From an uncultured cyanobacterium (GTDB lineage: Bacteria; Cyanobacteriota; Cyanobacteriia; PCC-6307; Cyanobiaceae), in assembly GCA_963765575.1 (NCBI GenBank), contig CAVXWZ010000004.1, positions 29,820 through 93,819 on the forward strand: DNA of 64,000 bases, read 5' to 3'. The number at the start of each line of letters is the position of its first letter. Position 1 is the first letter of the stretch. A program made the position numbers and the translations under genes. The notes below the pieces were generated by a model that saw nothing but the letters and a program-made list of their open reading frames with translations, made no database searches and was not told the DNA's origin. Positions 17,687 through 28,224 of the stretch are shown piece by piece.

Positions 17687-18865
17687 CTAGGCAGCGATCC
17701 AGGTGGCCCGGCAGCAGCCGCGCGCGCTGGCGGCCCGGTCGGCCTCGGCCTGGCTGGCCACCGGATGGCCCAGCAGTTCGGCGCACTGGCCCTGGCCATG
17801 GAGCGTTTCCAGGACGTCGAGGGCCGCCGCCAGCGCCTCCTCGCCGCCGTAGCTCACCAGCACCGGCCGCGGGGCCGCCACAGCATGGGCCGGCAGGCCC
17901 ACCAGCTCGCGGACCGCCTCCACATCGAAGCCGAAGCCCACGCCCCAGGCCTGCTCCGCGCCGGCGCCGAAGCGCCCCACCAGGGCGTCGTAACGGCCGC
18001 CACTGGCGATCTCCACCGGTCCGTGCGGGCCCTGACACACCAGCTTCAGCACCAGGCCGTCGTAGAGGGCGAAATGGGGCTGGAAGCTGGGATCGAGCCG
18101 CACGGCCACCTGGTGCTTCGCCGCCGCTGGCGCCACCGCCGCCAGGGTGGCGGCCAGGTCGGCGAGCAGGGGGATCGGCCCCAGCCACTGCTCCAGGGCG
18201 TAGAGCACCTGGGGCGGTTCACCGCGCAGGCGCATCACTGCGGCCAGCCGCTGGCGCAGCGGTTCACTCAGCGGCAGCCGGGCCAGGGCCAGGGCATCGA
18301 GGCTGGTGAGGGCGGCCCGGGCGCCGGGACGCTGCTGCTCCGGCACCTGGGCCAGCAGGGCGCTGAGCAGGCCCTGATGTCCCACCAGCAACTGGGGCCG
18401 CTGGCCGGCGCCGAGCCCGAGCCGGGCGCTGGCGGCCAGCAACAGCCGCATCAGTTCCACATCGGCGCTGGCCGACGGTTCGCCCAGCAGCTCCACGCCG
18501 CTCTGCCACTGCTCATGGATGCACTGGTGACCGCTGTCGCCCGTGCTGCTGCGGAAGGTGGTGCCTTCGGCCCAGAGGCGCAGCGGCCGGGGCCGCTCGG
18601 CCATGCGGGTGCTGGCGGCGCGGGCGATGGAGGCGGTGAGTTCGGGCCGCAGGCCGAGGGGCTCGTCGGTGGCCAGGCGCACCAGTTCGCGGCCGTCGAT
18701 GGCGCCGCCGGCCTGGAGGGTGTCCAGGCGCTCGAAGCTCGGTGGCGCCACCGCCTGATAGCCCCACAGCCGGTAGATGCCGGCGAGGGTGGCGCAGATG
18801 GCCCGGTTCTGTTCCACCTCGCGGGGATTGAGATCCCGGACGCCGGCGGCGGGTTGCAGGGCCAT
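17687..18865 (-). CDS. hisZ: ATP phosphoribosyltransferase regulatory subunit
   Basis: MALQPAAGVRDL, LGLRPELTASIAR, QSGVELLG and ASGGRYD motifs. Confidence 0.93.
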   Translation of the reverse strand: MALQPAAGVRDLNPREVEQNRAICATLAGIYRLWGYQAVAPPSFERLDTLQAGGAIDGRELVRLATDEPLGLRPELTASIARAASTRMAERPRPLRLWAEGTTFRSSTGDSGHQCIHEQWQSGVELLGEPSASADVELMRLLLAASARLGLGAGQRPQLLVGHQGLLSALLAQVPEQQRPGARAALTSLDALALARLPLSEPLRQRLAAVMRLRGEPPQVLYALEQWLGPIPLLADLAATLAAVAPAAAKHQVAVRLDPSFQPHFALYDGLVLKLVCQGPHGPVEIASGGRYDALVGRFGAGAEQAWGVGFGFDVEAVRELVGLPAHAVAAPRPVLVSYGGEEALAAALDVLETLHGQGQCAELLGHPVASQAEADRAASARGCCRATWIAA

Positions 18866-18894
18866 GACGGGGCCGAGGGGGCGAAGGGGGGATC

Positions 18895-19845
18895 CTATGG
18901 AGCGGTGGACGGGCCGTCCTGACGCGCGCTGCTGTCCAGTTCCGGTGCCCCGAAGCTGGCGCCGCTGAGGGGGCTGCAGGTCTGCAGGCCGGCCACCAGC
19001 TCCTGGTGCAGGCGGCTGCCGGTCGCCACCACCCGGCCGCTGGCCAGCTCCAGGGGGCCACCGTCGTAGGCGGACACCACCCCGCCCGCCTGCTCCACCA
19101 GCACCACGCCGGCGGCCAGGTCCCAGGGGGACAGCCCCCGCTCCCAGTAGCCATCGAGCCGGCCCGTGGCCACGAAGGCCAGGTCCACCGCCGCCGCCCC
19201 GCCCCGGCGCACGCCATGGGTGCGATGGGTGAAGTAGGCGAACTCGGCGTAGTTGTTGTCCAGGCGCGTGTGGCGGTCGTAGGCGAAGCCAGTGACCAGC
19301 AGGGCATCGGCCAGCCGCTCGCAGCCACTCACGTGGATGCGGCGGCCATTGCACCAGGCCCCCAGTCCGGGCGCGGCCCACTGCAGCTCGTCGAAGCTGG
19401 GGATGGCCAGGGCACCCAGCAGCGGCACACCGCGCCAGCAGAGACCCACGGAGGTGCCGAAGAACGGATAGCCGTGGGCGTAGTTGGTGGTGCCGTCGAG
19501 GGGATCGACGCACCACTCCAGGTCGCCGGCGCGGGGCCTGCGGCCGCTCTCCTCGGAGAGCACGCCGATCTCGGGGGTCTCGGCCTCCAGCAGGCCCAGC
19601 ACCGCCGCCTCGGCGGCCAGATCGGCTTCGGTCACCAGGTCGCCGAGGCGCCCCTTCTCACGGATCTGCTCCAGGCGGCCGAAGTGGGCCCGCAGCTGCA
19701 CCCCGCCCGCCTCCGCGGCCCGACGGGCCACGTCCACGAGGCGCTCGATGGCCCCGATCGTCAGCCCCGACTGGCGCCAGGCCCGGTCCGAACAGCTCTC
19801 GGGTGTGCGGTCCGGACTGCGCTCAGGGGCGAGGACGTTGGTCAT
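18895..19845 (-). CDS. Inositol monophosphatase family protein
   Basis: DLVTEAD, WCVDPLDGTTNYAHG and WDLAAG motifs. Confidence 0.93.
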   Translation of the reverse strand: MTNVLAPERSPDRTPESCSDRAWRQSGLTIGAIERLVDVARRAAEAGGVQLRAHFGRLEQIREKGRLGDLVTEADLAAEAAVLGLLEAETPEIGVLSEESGRRPRAGDLEWCVDPLDGTTNYAHGYPFFGTSVGLCWRGVPLLGALAIPSFDELQWAAPGLGAWCNGRRIHVSGCERLADALLVTGFAYDRHTRLDNNYAEFAYFTHRTHGVRRGGAAAVDLAFVATGRLDGYWERGLSPWDLAAGVVLVEQAGGVVSAYDGGPLELASGRVVATGSRLHQELVAGLQTCSPLSGASFGAPELDSSARQDGPSTAP

Positions 19846-19899
19846 CGGCGGGGCAGTGGGGACAGAAAACGGAGGTGGGGCGGCAGGCGAGGGAGGATG

Positions 19900-20265
19900 T
19901 CATTCCTCTTCGAGCGGCAGCCCGGGGCGGATGCGACCCCGGCCGAAGTGGCGCCCGAACTGCTGCTCGTAAACCTCATCCTCATCCTGGGTCTCCACCT
20001 CCAGCGGGCCGGTGGCGCGGGCCACGCAGAGCAGGCCATAGCCCCGGCTGCGCAGCTCCCGGGAAAGGCCAAGCGCTTCGCTCTGATCGATCGTGCCGTC
20101 CAGCACCCGCACGGCGCAGGTGGTGCAGCAGCCGTTGCGGCAGCTGAACGGCAGCGGGTCGCCCTGCTGCTCGAAGCTGCGCAGGATGTAGTCGCCTTCG
20201 GGCACCTCGTGTCGGATCACGCGACCGGTCTGGCGCCAGTGGACGGTGATCGGAAACGTGCGCAT
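19900..20265 (-). CDS. 2Fe-2S ferredoxin
   Basis: LPFSCRNGCCTTCA...LLCV motif. Confidence 0.92.
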   Translation of the reverse strand: MRTFPITVHWRQTGRVIRHEVPEGDYILRSFEQQGDPLPFSCRNGCCTTCAVRVLDGTIDQSEALGLSRELRSRGYGLLCVARATGPLEVETQDEDEVYEQQFGRHFGRGRIRPGLPLEEE

Positions 20266-20320
20266 CGGGCGGCGGGTCGTTGACTGCTACATTGCCACTT
20301 CGTTGCCCCATTTTGCCGCT

Positions 20321-20407
20321 GGAGAGGTGGCCGAGTGGTCGAAGGCGCAGCACTGGAAATGCTGTATAGGGGCAACTCTATCGAGGGTTCGAATCCCTCC
20401 CTCTCCG
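20321..20407 (+). tRNA. tRNA-Ser(GGA)
   Basis: GGAGAGG acceptor pairing with CCTCTCC; anticodon arm cagca-ctGGAaa-tgctg; long variable arm; GGTTCGAATCC T-loop; CCA not encoded. Confidence 0.97.
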
Positions 20408-20418
20408 CTGATCACACC

Positions 20419-20444
20419 AAAGCCGGCCGCAGGGCCGGCTTTTT
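20419..20444 (+). terminator. Rho-independent terminator, possibly bidirectional
   Basis: aaagccggcc-gcag-ggccggcttttt hairpin with T-tract, between tRNA-Ser and the convergent pstB. Confidence 0.85.
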
Positions 20445-20477
20445 ACTTGGCACGTGATTTGACGGAGATGGCTGGCA

Positions 20478-21296
20478 TCAGCCGAATCGGCCGGTCACGT
20501 AATCCTGGGTGGCCTGCTGTTTGGGGGCGTTGAAGATGCGCTCGGTTTCGGCAAACTCCACCAAATAGCCCACCTTGCCGGTGCCGCCTTCCACGGCTTC
20601 GGCATTGTAGAAGGCGGTCATGTCCGCCACACGCACCGCCTGCTGCATGTTGTGGGTCACGATCACGATCGTGTAGCTGCGCTTCAGCTCATGCATCGTT
20701 TCCTCGATCTTCAAGGTGGAGATCGGGTCGAGGGCGGAGCAGGGTTCATCCATCAGAATCACCTCGGGCTCGGTGGCGATGGCGCGGGCGATGCAGAGGC
20801 GCTGCTGCTGGCCGCCGGAGAGGGCGAAGCCGCTCTCCTTGAGTTTGTCCTTGCACTCGTCCCACACCGCCGCCTTGCGCAGGGAGCGCTCCACCAGCTC
20901 ATCCATGTCGCCCCGATAGCCGTTGATGCGGGCGCCGAAGGCGATGTTTTCGTAGATGCTCTTGGGAAAGGGGTTGGGCTTCTGGAACACCATGCCGATG
21001 CGCCGCCGCACCTCCACCGGATCGACATTGGGGGCGTAGATGTCGACGCCATCGAACAACACCCGTCCGCGCAGGCTGCAGCCGGGGATCAGGTCGTTCA
21101 TGCGGTTCAGACCCCGCAGCACGGTGGACTTACCGCAGCCGGAGGGACCGATGAAGGCCGTGACCTTGCCCTTGGGGATGTCCACGAAGACGTTCTTCAC
21201 GGCCTCGAAGCTCCCGTAGGAGATCGTCACGTCCTGCAGGGCCATGCAGACGTCCGTGGCCGGGATCAAGGAGCTGGTGGGGATCTTGGTAGCCAT
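20478..21296 (-). CDS. pstB: Phosphate ABC transporter ATPase
   Basis: [33 protein letters not shown] and DEPCSALDP motifs. Confidence 0.97.
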   Translation of the reverse strand: MATKIPTSSLIPATDVCMALQDVTISYGSFEAVKNVFVDIPKGKVTAFIGPSGCGKSTVLRGLNRMNDLIPGCSLRGRVLFDGVDIYAPNVDPVEVRRRIGMVFQKPNPFPKSIYENIAFGARINGYRGDMDELVERSLRKAAVWDECKDKLKESGFALSGGQQQRLCIARAIATEPEVILMDEPCSALDPISTLKIEETMHELKRSYTIVIVTHNMQQAVRVADMTAFYNAEAVEGGTGKVGYLVEFAETERIFNAPKQQATQDYVTGRFG

Positions 21297-21386
21297 GGGT
21301 TCGGAGCGGCTGGGTGGTGCGGCTGGGTGGTGCGGGAGTGCGCGCGGAAACTGGAGATTGGAGCGCGGTGTGATGTCGGTTGGCCG

Positions 21387-22307
21387 TCAGTCTGAGCGGG
21401 ACATACTGCTGACCCAGCGAGCCAGCAGGTTGGCGGCCAGGATCATCACCACCAACACAAACGATGCTGCCCAGGCAAGTTCATTCTGGGCATCGTAGGG
21501 CATGATGGCGAAGTTGAAGATCAGCACCGACATCGTGGCGATTGGATTGAAGATTCCCTCGGGCCAGAAAGGAGAAAACAGCGCCGTGAAGATCAGTGGT
21601 GCGGTTTCGCCGGCGGCCCGGGCAATGGCCAGCACCGCACCGGTGGCGATGGGGGTAAAAGCGGCGGGAAGGGTGATGCGAATCACGGTCACGAATTTGG
21701 ACGCGCCCACGCCATAGGCACCCCAACGCAGTTCCTGGGGCACCAGTTTGAGACCCTCATCGGTGGTTTTGATCACCGTGGGCAACATCAGCAGCGCCAG
21801 GGCAATGCCACCGGCTAAGGCGCTGTAGCTCTGGTTGAAGAAAAGCCGGGTAGCGACGATCACCCCATACACGAACACGCCGATGATGATTGAAGGCACG
21901 CCGGCCAGGATGTCGTTTCCAAAGCTCACGAACTGCGAAAACCAGCCACGATTGGAGTATTCGTTGAGGAAGATGCCGCCGCCCACCCCGATCGGGATCG
22001 CCACCAGGGTGGCCACCAGGGTCACCACCAGCGTGCCCACAATGGCGTTGCCGATGCCGCCGCCCTCCAGTCCTGGAGGCGGTGGCAACTGGGTTAACAG
22101 CGACAGACTCATCAGCCTGCCGCCCTGGAGCAGCACGTAGATGATCACCAGAAACAGCGGCAGCACCGCAATCGCTGCGAACAGCGCGGCGATGCTGGTG
22201 AGCACCCGGTTGATGCGGTTGCGCTTGAGGGTGCCGTCAAAGGTGAGCGGCCGACGGTCGAACAGGCTGTCGACGCTGGTCATCGGGGAGTTGGAGGATG
22301 TCATCAA
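21387..22307 (-). CDS. pstA: Phosphate ABC transporter permease
   Basis: GGIGNAIVGT, AGVPSII and ARAAGETAPL motifs; operon context. Confidence 0.95.
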   Translation of the reverse strand: MMTSSNSPMTSVDSLFDRRPLTFDGTLKRNRINRVLTSIAALFAAIAVLPLFLVIIYVLLQGGRLMSLSLLTQLPPPPGLEGGGIGNAIVGTLVVTLVATLVAIPIGVGGGIFLNEYSNRGWFSQFVSFGNDILAGVPSIIIGVFVYGVIVATRLFFNQSYSALAGGIALALLMLPTVIKTTDEGLKLVPQELRWGAYGVGASKFVTVIRITLPAAFTPIATGAVLAIARAAGETAPLIFTALFSPFWPEGIFNPIATMSVLIFNFAIMPYDAQNELAWAASFVLVVMILAANLLARWVSSMSRSD

Positions 22308-22313
22308 GGGAAC

Positions 22314-23318
22314 TCAGTAGCGCAGGCTGAGGCGTCGCACGATCAACTTGGCCAGCACGTTCACCACAAACGTGAGCACCATCAGGATCAGGGCTGCATA
22401 CATCAAGGCCGACACCTGGATGCCGTCGGCCTCCCCAAACTGGTTGGCGAGCATGGAGGCGATGGTGTTGCCCGGCGCCAGCAGGGAGGTGCTGAAATTA
22501 TTGGAGTTGCCGATGATCATCGTCACCGCCATCGTTTCACCCATGGCCCGGCCCAGGGCCAGCATGATGCCGCCGGTGATCGCCGAGATCGCGGCTGGCA
22601 GAATCACACTGAAGATCGCCCCCCAGCGGGTGGTTCCCACCCCGTAGGCGCCCTGGCGTAGTTCCTCGGGCACCTGGTTGAGGGCGTCGCGGGAGATGGC
22701 CGTGATGATCGGCAGGATCATCACCACCAGGATCAGGATCGCCGGCGCCGTGCCGGGGCCCTGGGGCACGGTGCTGAACAGGGGCAACCAGCCCAGCCAG
22801 GCATGCAGCAGGTTCAGCACGGGACGAATGGCCGGCTCCATCACGAAGATGGCCCAGAGGCCCAGCACCACCGAAGGGATCGCCGCCAGCAGCTCCACCA
22901 TCAGGCCAGTGGCATCGCGCACCAGCTTGGGCAGCACGTCTTCGGTGATCAGAATCGCCGTGCCCAGACCCAGGGGCACGGCGACCAGCAGCGAGAGGAT
23001 CGCCGTGACCAGGGTTCCGTAGATGGCGACGAAGGCGCCATAGCTGTTGGTGACCGGATTCCAGGCGGAGGTGGTGATGAAGCCGAGGCCAAACTCCCGG
23101 ATCGCCTCCCGGGCACCGCTGGCCACCACCAGAAAGATGCCCATCAGCACCACGGCCACCACGGAGGCCAGGGCCATGGTCAGCTGCTGGAAGCCGATGT
23201 CCAGCAACTTCTCACTGGGCGGGCGGCGACGGAGCGTGAATGCGTCGACACCGACGGCGGCACCAGCGGCGGCACCAACGGCGGGAGTGCCTGCGCGAGA
23301 GGGGTTGTCCGTCGTCAT
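22314..23318 (-). CDS. pstC: Phosphate ABC transporter permease
   Basis: ELLAAIPSVVLGLW and GRAMGETMAV motifs. Confidence 0.95.
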   Translation of the reverse strand: MTTDNPSRAGTPAVGAAAGAAVGVDAFTLRRRPPSEKLLDIGFQQLTMALASVVAVVLMGIFLVVASGAREAIREFGLGFITTSAWNPVTNSYGAFVAIYGTLVTAILSLLVAVPLGLGTAILITEDVLPKLVRDATGLMVELLAAIPSVVLGLWAIFVMEPAIRPVLNLLHAWLGWLPLFSTVPQGPGTAPAILILVVMILPIITAISRDALNQVPEELRQGAYGVGTTRWGAIFSVILPAAISAITGGIMLALGRAMGETMAVTMIIGNSNNFSTSLLAPGNTIASMLANQFGEADGIQVSALMYAALILMVLTFVVNVLAKLIVRRLSLRY

Positions 23319-23383
23319 GCAGGAGCGGGTTGGCGCCCGGGGTAGGCGGGTTGCCGCAATTTACGGGCGCTGACGGGCAGCAC

Positions 23384-23402
23384 TGTTTAAGTGGTGTTTA
23401 AC
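23384..23402 (-). promoter_or_regulatory. Putative Pho box (SphR/PhoB-type)
   Basis: Minus strand GTTAAACA-CCA-CTTAAACA: direct repeat with 11-bp period, ~65 bp upstream of pstC. Confidence 0.55.
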
Positions 23403-23457
23403 GTCTGGCCAGCCGGTACCTTGGTGGCATCAGGCGGTTCTCGACTCCTCGCGGTTC

Positions 23458-25743
23458 ATGGGGCGCATCGTCGGCATCGACCTGGGGACCACCAACTCGG
23501 TGGTGGCTGTGCTTGAGGGCGGCCGGCCGGTGGTGATCGCCAGCGCTGAGGGCAGCCGCACCACCCCCTCGGTGGTGGGCTTCAGCCGCGACCAGGAGCT
23601 GCTGGTGGGCCAGCTCGCCCGCCGCCAGCTGGTGCTCAACCCCCGCAACACCTTCGCCAACCTCAAGCGCTTCGTGGGCCGCCAGTGGGAGGAGCTCGAC
23701 GAGGGAAGCCTCACCGTGGCCTACACCGTGCGCGCCAATGCCAGCGGCAGCGTGCGCGTGGTCTGCCCCGTCACGGAGCGCGAATACGCCCCTGAGGAGC
23801 TGGTGGCCAGCGTTCTGCGCAAGCTCTGCGACGACGCCGCCACCTACCTCGGCGAGCCGGTGGAGGCGGCCGTGATCACGGTGCCCGCCTACTTCAACGA
23901 CGCCCAGCGTCAGGCCACCCGCGACGCCGGCCGCCTGGCGGGCATCAGCGTTGAGCGCATCCTCAACGAGCCCACAGCAGCCGCCCTGGCCTACGGCTTC
24001 GACCGCAGTGCCGCCAAGCGGGTGCTGGTGTTCGACCTGGGCGGCGGCACCTTTGACGTCTCGGTGCTGCGCATCGCCCAGGGGGTGTTCGATGTCAAGG
24101 CCACCAGCGGCGACACCCAGCTGGGCGGCAACGACTGGGACCGGCGCATTGTCGACTGGCTTGCCGATGCCTTCCTGGCCGAGCACCAGATCGACCTGCG
24201 TCGCGACCGTCAGGCCCTGCAGCGGCTCACCGAAGCGGCCGAGAAGGCCAAGATGGAGCTCAGCGGCGTGCAGAGCACGCCGATCTCGCTGCCGTTCATC
24301 AGCACCGGCCCCGACGGCCCGCTGCACATCGAAACCACCCTGGAGCGGCTGGTGTTTGAGGGGCTCTGCCCCGATCTGCTCGACCGCCTGCTGCGGCCCG
24401 TCCAGCGCGCCCTGCGCGATGCCGGCCTGGCCGCCGACGACATCGACGATGTGGTGCTGGTGGGGGGCGGCACGCGCATGCCGATGGTGCAGAACATGGT
24501 GCGCACGCTGGTGCCCCGCGATCCCTGCCAGTCGGTGAATCCCGACGAGGTGGTGGCGATCGGCGCCGCCGTGCAGGCCGGCATCCTCACCGGCGAGCTG
24601 CGTGATCTGATGCTCAACGACGTCACGCCCCTCTCCCTCGGCCTGGAGACCATCGGCGACGTGATGAAGGTGCTGATTCCGCGCAACACGCCGATCCCGG
24701 TGCGCAAGAGCGACGTGTTCAGCACCTCCGAGGCCAACCAGAACTCGGTGGAGATCCACGTGCTCCAGGGCGAGCGCCAGATGGCGGTGGACAACAAGAG
24801 CCTGGGCCGCTTCCGACTCTCCGGCATCCCCCCCGCCCCCCGTGGTGTGCCCCAGGTGCAGGTGTCCCTGGACATCGATGCCAACGGCCTGCTGCAGGTG
24901 TCGGCGATGGACCGCACCACCGGCCGCCAGCAGAGCGTGAGCATCCAGGGCGGCTCCAACCTCAGCGAGGAGGAGATCGCCAGGCTGCTGCAGGAAGCGG
25001 AGGAGAAGGCGGCGGAGGATCGGCGCAAGCGGGCTGCCATCGACCGCCGCAACAAGGCCCTCACCCTGGTGGCCCAGGGGGAGCGGCGGCTGCGCGATGC
25101 GTCCCTCGAGCTCGGCCCCTATGGCGCCGAACGGCAGCAGCGGGCGGTGGAGATGGCGGTGCGGGACATGCAGGACCTGCTCGCCCTCGACGAGAGCGGC
25201 GACGGTGATCCGGTGGAGTTGGATTTGGCCGCCAGCCAGCTGCAGGAAGCCCTGTTCGGCCTCAACCGCCGCCTGCTCAGCGAGCGGCGCGCCGATCAGG
25301 GCCCGCTGCAGGGTCTCAAGAACACCCTGGGCAGCCTCAAGGATGAGCTGTTCTCCGATGAGGACGACTGGGACGACTGGAACCGTCCCGGCCGGGATCC
25401 CTGGGCCACGGCTCCGCCCCGCTCCGCCAGCCGCTACGACGCCCCCGACCGCTTCGGCCAGCAGGATCGGTACAGCCCCCCCGATCGCTACAGCGGTGGC
25501 GGTGAGGGCGATCGGGGCTATGGCTCCGGGCGCGACCGCTCGGAGCGCTATGCGCCTGATGAGCGTGCCCGGCCCGATGACCGCTATGGGGGCGATGACC
25601 GCTACCGGCCCGACGACCGTTACCGGCCCGACGACCGCTACGACTTCGATGACCGCAATGGGCCGGATGAGCGCACGCCGCCCGCCCGGCAGCGCGCGCG
25701 GGTGCCGGACGACGATCCCTGGCGCGACAGCGAACTGCCGTGA
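23458..25743 (+). CDS. dnaK: Molecular chaperone DnaK with long charged C-terminal tail
   Basis: [23 protein letters not shown] and [10 protein letters not shown] motifs; directly upstream of a J-domain gene. Confidence 0.96.
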   Translation: MGRIVGIDLGTTNSVVAVLEGGRPVVIASAEGSRTTPSVVGFSRDQELLVGQLARRQLVLNPRNTFANLKRFVGRQWEELDEGSLTVAYTVRANASGSVRVVCPVTEREYAPEELVASVLRKLCDDAATYLGEPVEAAVITVPAYFNDAQRQATRDAGRLAGISVERILNEPTAAALAYGFDRSAAKRVLVFDLGGGTFDVSVLRIAQGVFDVKATSGDTQLGGNDWDRRIVDWLADAFLAEHQIDLRRDRQALQRLTEAAEKAKMELSGVQSTPISLPFISTGPDGPLHIETTLERLVFEGLCPDLLDRLLRPVQRALRDAGLAADDIDDVVLVGGGTRMPMVQNMVRTLVPRDPCQSVNPDEVVAIGAAVQAGILTGELRDLMLNDVTPLSLGLETIGDVMKVLIPRNTPIPVRKSDVFSTSEANQNSVEIHVLQGERQMAVDNKSLGRFRLSGIPPAPRGVPQVQVSLDIDANGLLQVSAMDRTTGRQQSVSIQGGSNLSEEEIARLLQEAEEKAAEDRRKRAAIDRRNKALTLVAQGERRLRDASLELGPYGAERQQRAVEMAVRDMQDLLALDESGDGDPVELDLAASQLQEALFGLNRRLLSERRADQGPLQGLKNTLGSLKDELFSDEDDWDDWNRPGRDPWATAPPRSASRYDAPDRFGQQDRYSPPDRYSGGGEGDRGYGSGRDRSERYAPDERARPDDRYGGDDRYRPDDRYRPDDRYDFDDRNGPDERTPPARQRARVPDDDPWRDSELP

Positions 25744-26813
25744 CCTCCCGATCTGTCGCCGCCGGCGATCCCGTCATCGACCACTGGGCGGTGCTGGGCC
25801 TGGCTCCCGGCGCCGATGCCGTTGCCCTCAAGCGAGCGTTCCGCCAGCAGGCCCGCCGCTGGCACCCCGATCTCAACGGCAACGACCCCGTTGCCGAGGA
25901 TCGCTTCAAGCAGGTGAACGAGGCCTACGCGGTGCTCTCCGATCCGCGCCGGCGGCGGGTGTGGGAGGGGGGCGAGTCTGAAGCCGACTCGGCGGCCCGC
26001 GCCCGAGGTCAGGACCCCTTCGCCAGCGGCTTCCCAGATTTCGACGCCTACCTGCAGGTGCTCTTCGGCGGTCGGCGGCGTGGGGGCTTGGACGGCCCTG
26101 GCGACGACCCGGATGAGGCGCGCGCCGAGGCGGACCCTGCCGAGCCCGATCGGGATGGCGATTGGGCGGCCCCTCGACACCAGCAGCCCCACCCCCGCCA
26201 GTCACCAGACCAGCAGGGCGAGGGGCCCGGATCGGTCACCGCCGCGCCCCCCTCCCCGCCGCCGGTGACGGCGGCCGGTGATGCCGAAACCGTTGTGGAG
26301 CTCACCCCGGAACAGGCCCTCGACGGTGAGCGGGTGGAACTGGAACTGGCCGATGGCACGGCCGTGGAGGTGTGGACGCCGCCCCTGGCCGGTGATGGCT
26401 GGCGCCTGCGCCTGGCCGGTGTCACCCCCGGCGGCGGTGACCACTTCCTGCAGTTGCGGGTGCGCACGGCCGAGGGCCTGCGGGTGGATGGGCTGCGGGT
26501 GCTCTACCAGCTGCCCCTCAGTCCGGCTGAGGCGGTGCTCGGCTGCCGGGTGGTGGTGCCCACCCTGCGCGGTGCCGTGCAGCTCACCGTGCCCCCCGGC
26601 ACCTCCAGCGGCCGGCTGCTGCGCCTGCGCGGCCGCGGCATGGAGTGGCGAGAGCGGCGCGGCGATCAGCTGGTGGAGGTGCGCATCGTGGTGCCCGAGC
26701 AGCCGGGGGATGCGGAGCTGGCGCTCTACCGGCGCCTTCTGGAGCTGGCTGAGGAACTGGCCGTGGAGCTGGCCGAGGACGATCCTGGGGCCGGCCCTGC
26801 GGTGACACACTGA
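25740..26813 (+). CDS. DnaJ-family protein (J domain + DnaJ_C, no Zn finger)
   Basis: ARRWHPDLN and VNEAYAVLSD motifs; C-terminal LRLRGRG. Confidence 0.9.
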   Translation: MTSRSVAAGDPVIDHWAVLGLAPGADAVALKRAFRQQARRWHPDLNGNDPVAEDRFKQVNEAYAVLSDPRRRRVWEGGESEADSAARARGQDPFASGFPDFDAYLQVLFGGRRRGGLDGPGDDPDEARAEADPAEPDRDGDWAAPRHQQPHPRQSPDQQGEGPGSVTAAPPSPPPVTAAGDAETVVELTPEQALDGERVELELADGTAVEVWTPPLAGDGWRLRLAGVTPGGGDHFLQLRVRTAEGLRVDGLRVLYQLPLSPAEAVLGCRVVVPTLRGAVQLTVPPGTSSGRLLRLRGRGMEWRERRGDQLVEVRIVVPEQPGDAELALYRRLLELAEELAVELAEDDPGAGPAVTH

Positions 26814-26839
26814 GGTTCTCCGCGCAGCCCTCTCCGTCC

Positions 26840-27244
26840 ATGTCGGTGCATGTGCTCCTCTTTGATGCCGGCTCCGAACAGGAGGGCATCCACTCCCTCG
26901 AGATCAACGGCCGCACGGTGGTGCTGCTGTTTGAGGACCGTGACGATGCCGAGCGCTACGCCGGCCTGCTGGAGGCCCAGGACTTCCCGGTGCCGACTGT
27001 CGAGGCCCTGGATCGGCGGGAGATGGAGGAGTTCTGTTGCCAGGCGGGGTATGAAGCCCGCGTCGTGCCCGCCGGGTTCGTGCCCGAGAACCCCGAGGAC
27101 CGACTGTTGATCGCCCCGCCTGAGCAGAACATGGACGTGGCCCAGTGGCAGGAGGAGCAGGAGGCCCGGGGGGCCGCCGAGTCGCCCAGCTCCGCCGATC
27201 CTGAGCTGGAGGCCTTCCGCCGTCAACTCGAGGGGCTGCTGTGA
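26840..27244 (+). CDS. DUF3110 family protein
   Basis: VHVLLF...EGIHSLE...LFEDRDDAERYAGLLEAQDFP. Confidence 0.85.
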   Translation: MSVHVLLFDAGSEQEGIHSLEINGRTVVLLFEDRDDAERYAGLLEAQDFPVPTVEALDRREMEEFCCQAGYEARVVPAGFVPENPEDRLLIAPPEQNMDVAQWQEEQEARGAAESPSSADPELEAFRRQLEGLL

Positions 27245-28224
27245 CGGCCGCCGCAGGCTCGGGCAGCGTTGACCGCGGCCACCTGCTCACCGAACAGCCC
27301 AACCCCCTCAGCACCAACCTCGACCAGCTGCCCACCGGCGAGCTGGTGGACCTCTTCTGCCGCAACGACCTGGAGCCCCAGCGCGCCGTGGCCGCCGCGG
27401 CTCCCGCGCTCACGGCGGCGGTGGATGCCATCGCCGCCCGCCTGGCCGCCGGCGGTCGGCTCTTTTACCTGGGGGCCGGCACCTCCGGCCGGCTGGGGGT
27501 GCTGGATGCGGCGGAGTGTCCGCCCACCTTCTGCTCCCCGCCGGAGCTTGTGCAGGGCGTGCTGGCGGGCGGGGCGCCGGCACTGCTGCGCAGCTCCGAA
27601 GGTCTCGAAGACCTTGAAGAGGCGGGCCGCAGCGATCTGCAGGAGCGCGGCTTCAGCGCCGGCGACTGCCTGGTGGGAATCGCTGCCGGCGGCACCACCC
27701 CCTACGTGCTGGGCGGGCTGCGTCACGCCCGTGGCCTTGGGGGGCTGGCGATCGCGCTGGCCTGCGTGCCGGCCGAGCAGGTGCCGATGCCCTGCGACAT
27801 CGACATCCGTCTGCTCACCGGTGCTGAGCTGCTCACCGGCTCCACCCGGCTGAAGGCCGGCACCGCCACCAAGATGGCGCTCAACATCCTCTCCACCGGC
27901 GTGATGGTGCGCCTGGGCAAGGTGTACGGCAACCGCATGGTGGATGTGGCGGTGACGAACGCCAAGCTGGAGGACCGGGCCCTGCGCATCCTGCGCGACC
28001 TGGCCGCCCTGGAGCGGGCCCAGGCCGCCGCGTTGCTGCAGCGGGCCGGTGGGTCGGTGAAGCTGGCCCTGCTGATGGCCGCCAGCGGCCTGGAGGCCGC
28101 TGCCGCCCACGAGCGGCTGGCGCAGGAGGGCCTGGACCTGCGCCGGGCCCTGGCGGCCTGTGGCGCCAGCCTGCCGCCCGCCGGGGGCCCCTCTCAGCCC
28201 TCCTCCTCCAGCGCCCCCCAGTAG
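27241..28224 (+). CDS. murQ: N-acetylmuramic acid 6-phosphate etherase
   Basis: GAGTSGRLGVLDAAECPPTF and GSTRLKAGTATK motifs. Confidence 0.95.
   Translation: MTAAAGSGSVDRGHLLTEQPNPLSTNLDQLPTGELVDLFCRNDLEPQRAVAAAAPALTAAVDAIAARLAAGGRLFYLGAGTSGRLGVLDAAECPPTFCSPPELVQGVLAGGAPALLRSSEGLEDLEEAGRSDLQERGFSAGDCLVGIAAGGTTPYVLGGLRHARGLGGLAIALACVPAEQVPMPCDIDIRLLTGAELLTGSTRLKAGTATKMALNILSTGVMVRLGKVYGNRMVDVAVTNAKLEDRALRILRDLAALERAQAAALLQRAGGSVKLALLMAASGLEAAAAHERLAQEGLDLRRALAACGASLPPAGGPSQPSSSSAPQ

Noticed and set aside
18895..19845. IMPase as histidinol-phosphate phosphatase because it precedes hisZ
   Set aside because: Motifs do not separate HisN from SuhB-like enzymes by eye; left at family level
20321..20407. 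tRNA-Ser as an island attachment site
   Set aside because: No duplicated tRNA 3' end seen; followed directly by a terminator and core pstB
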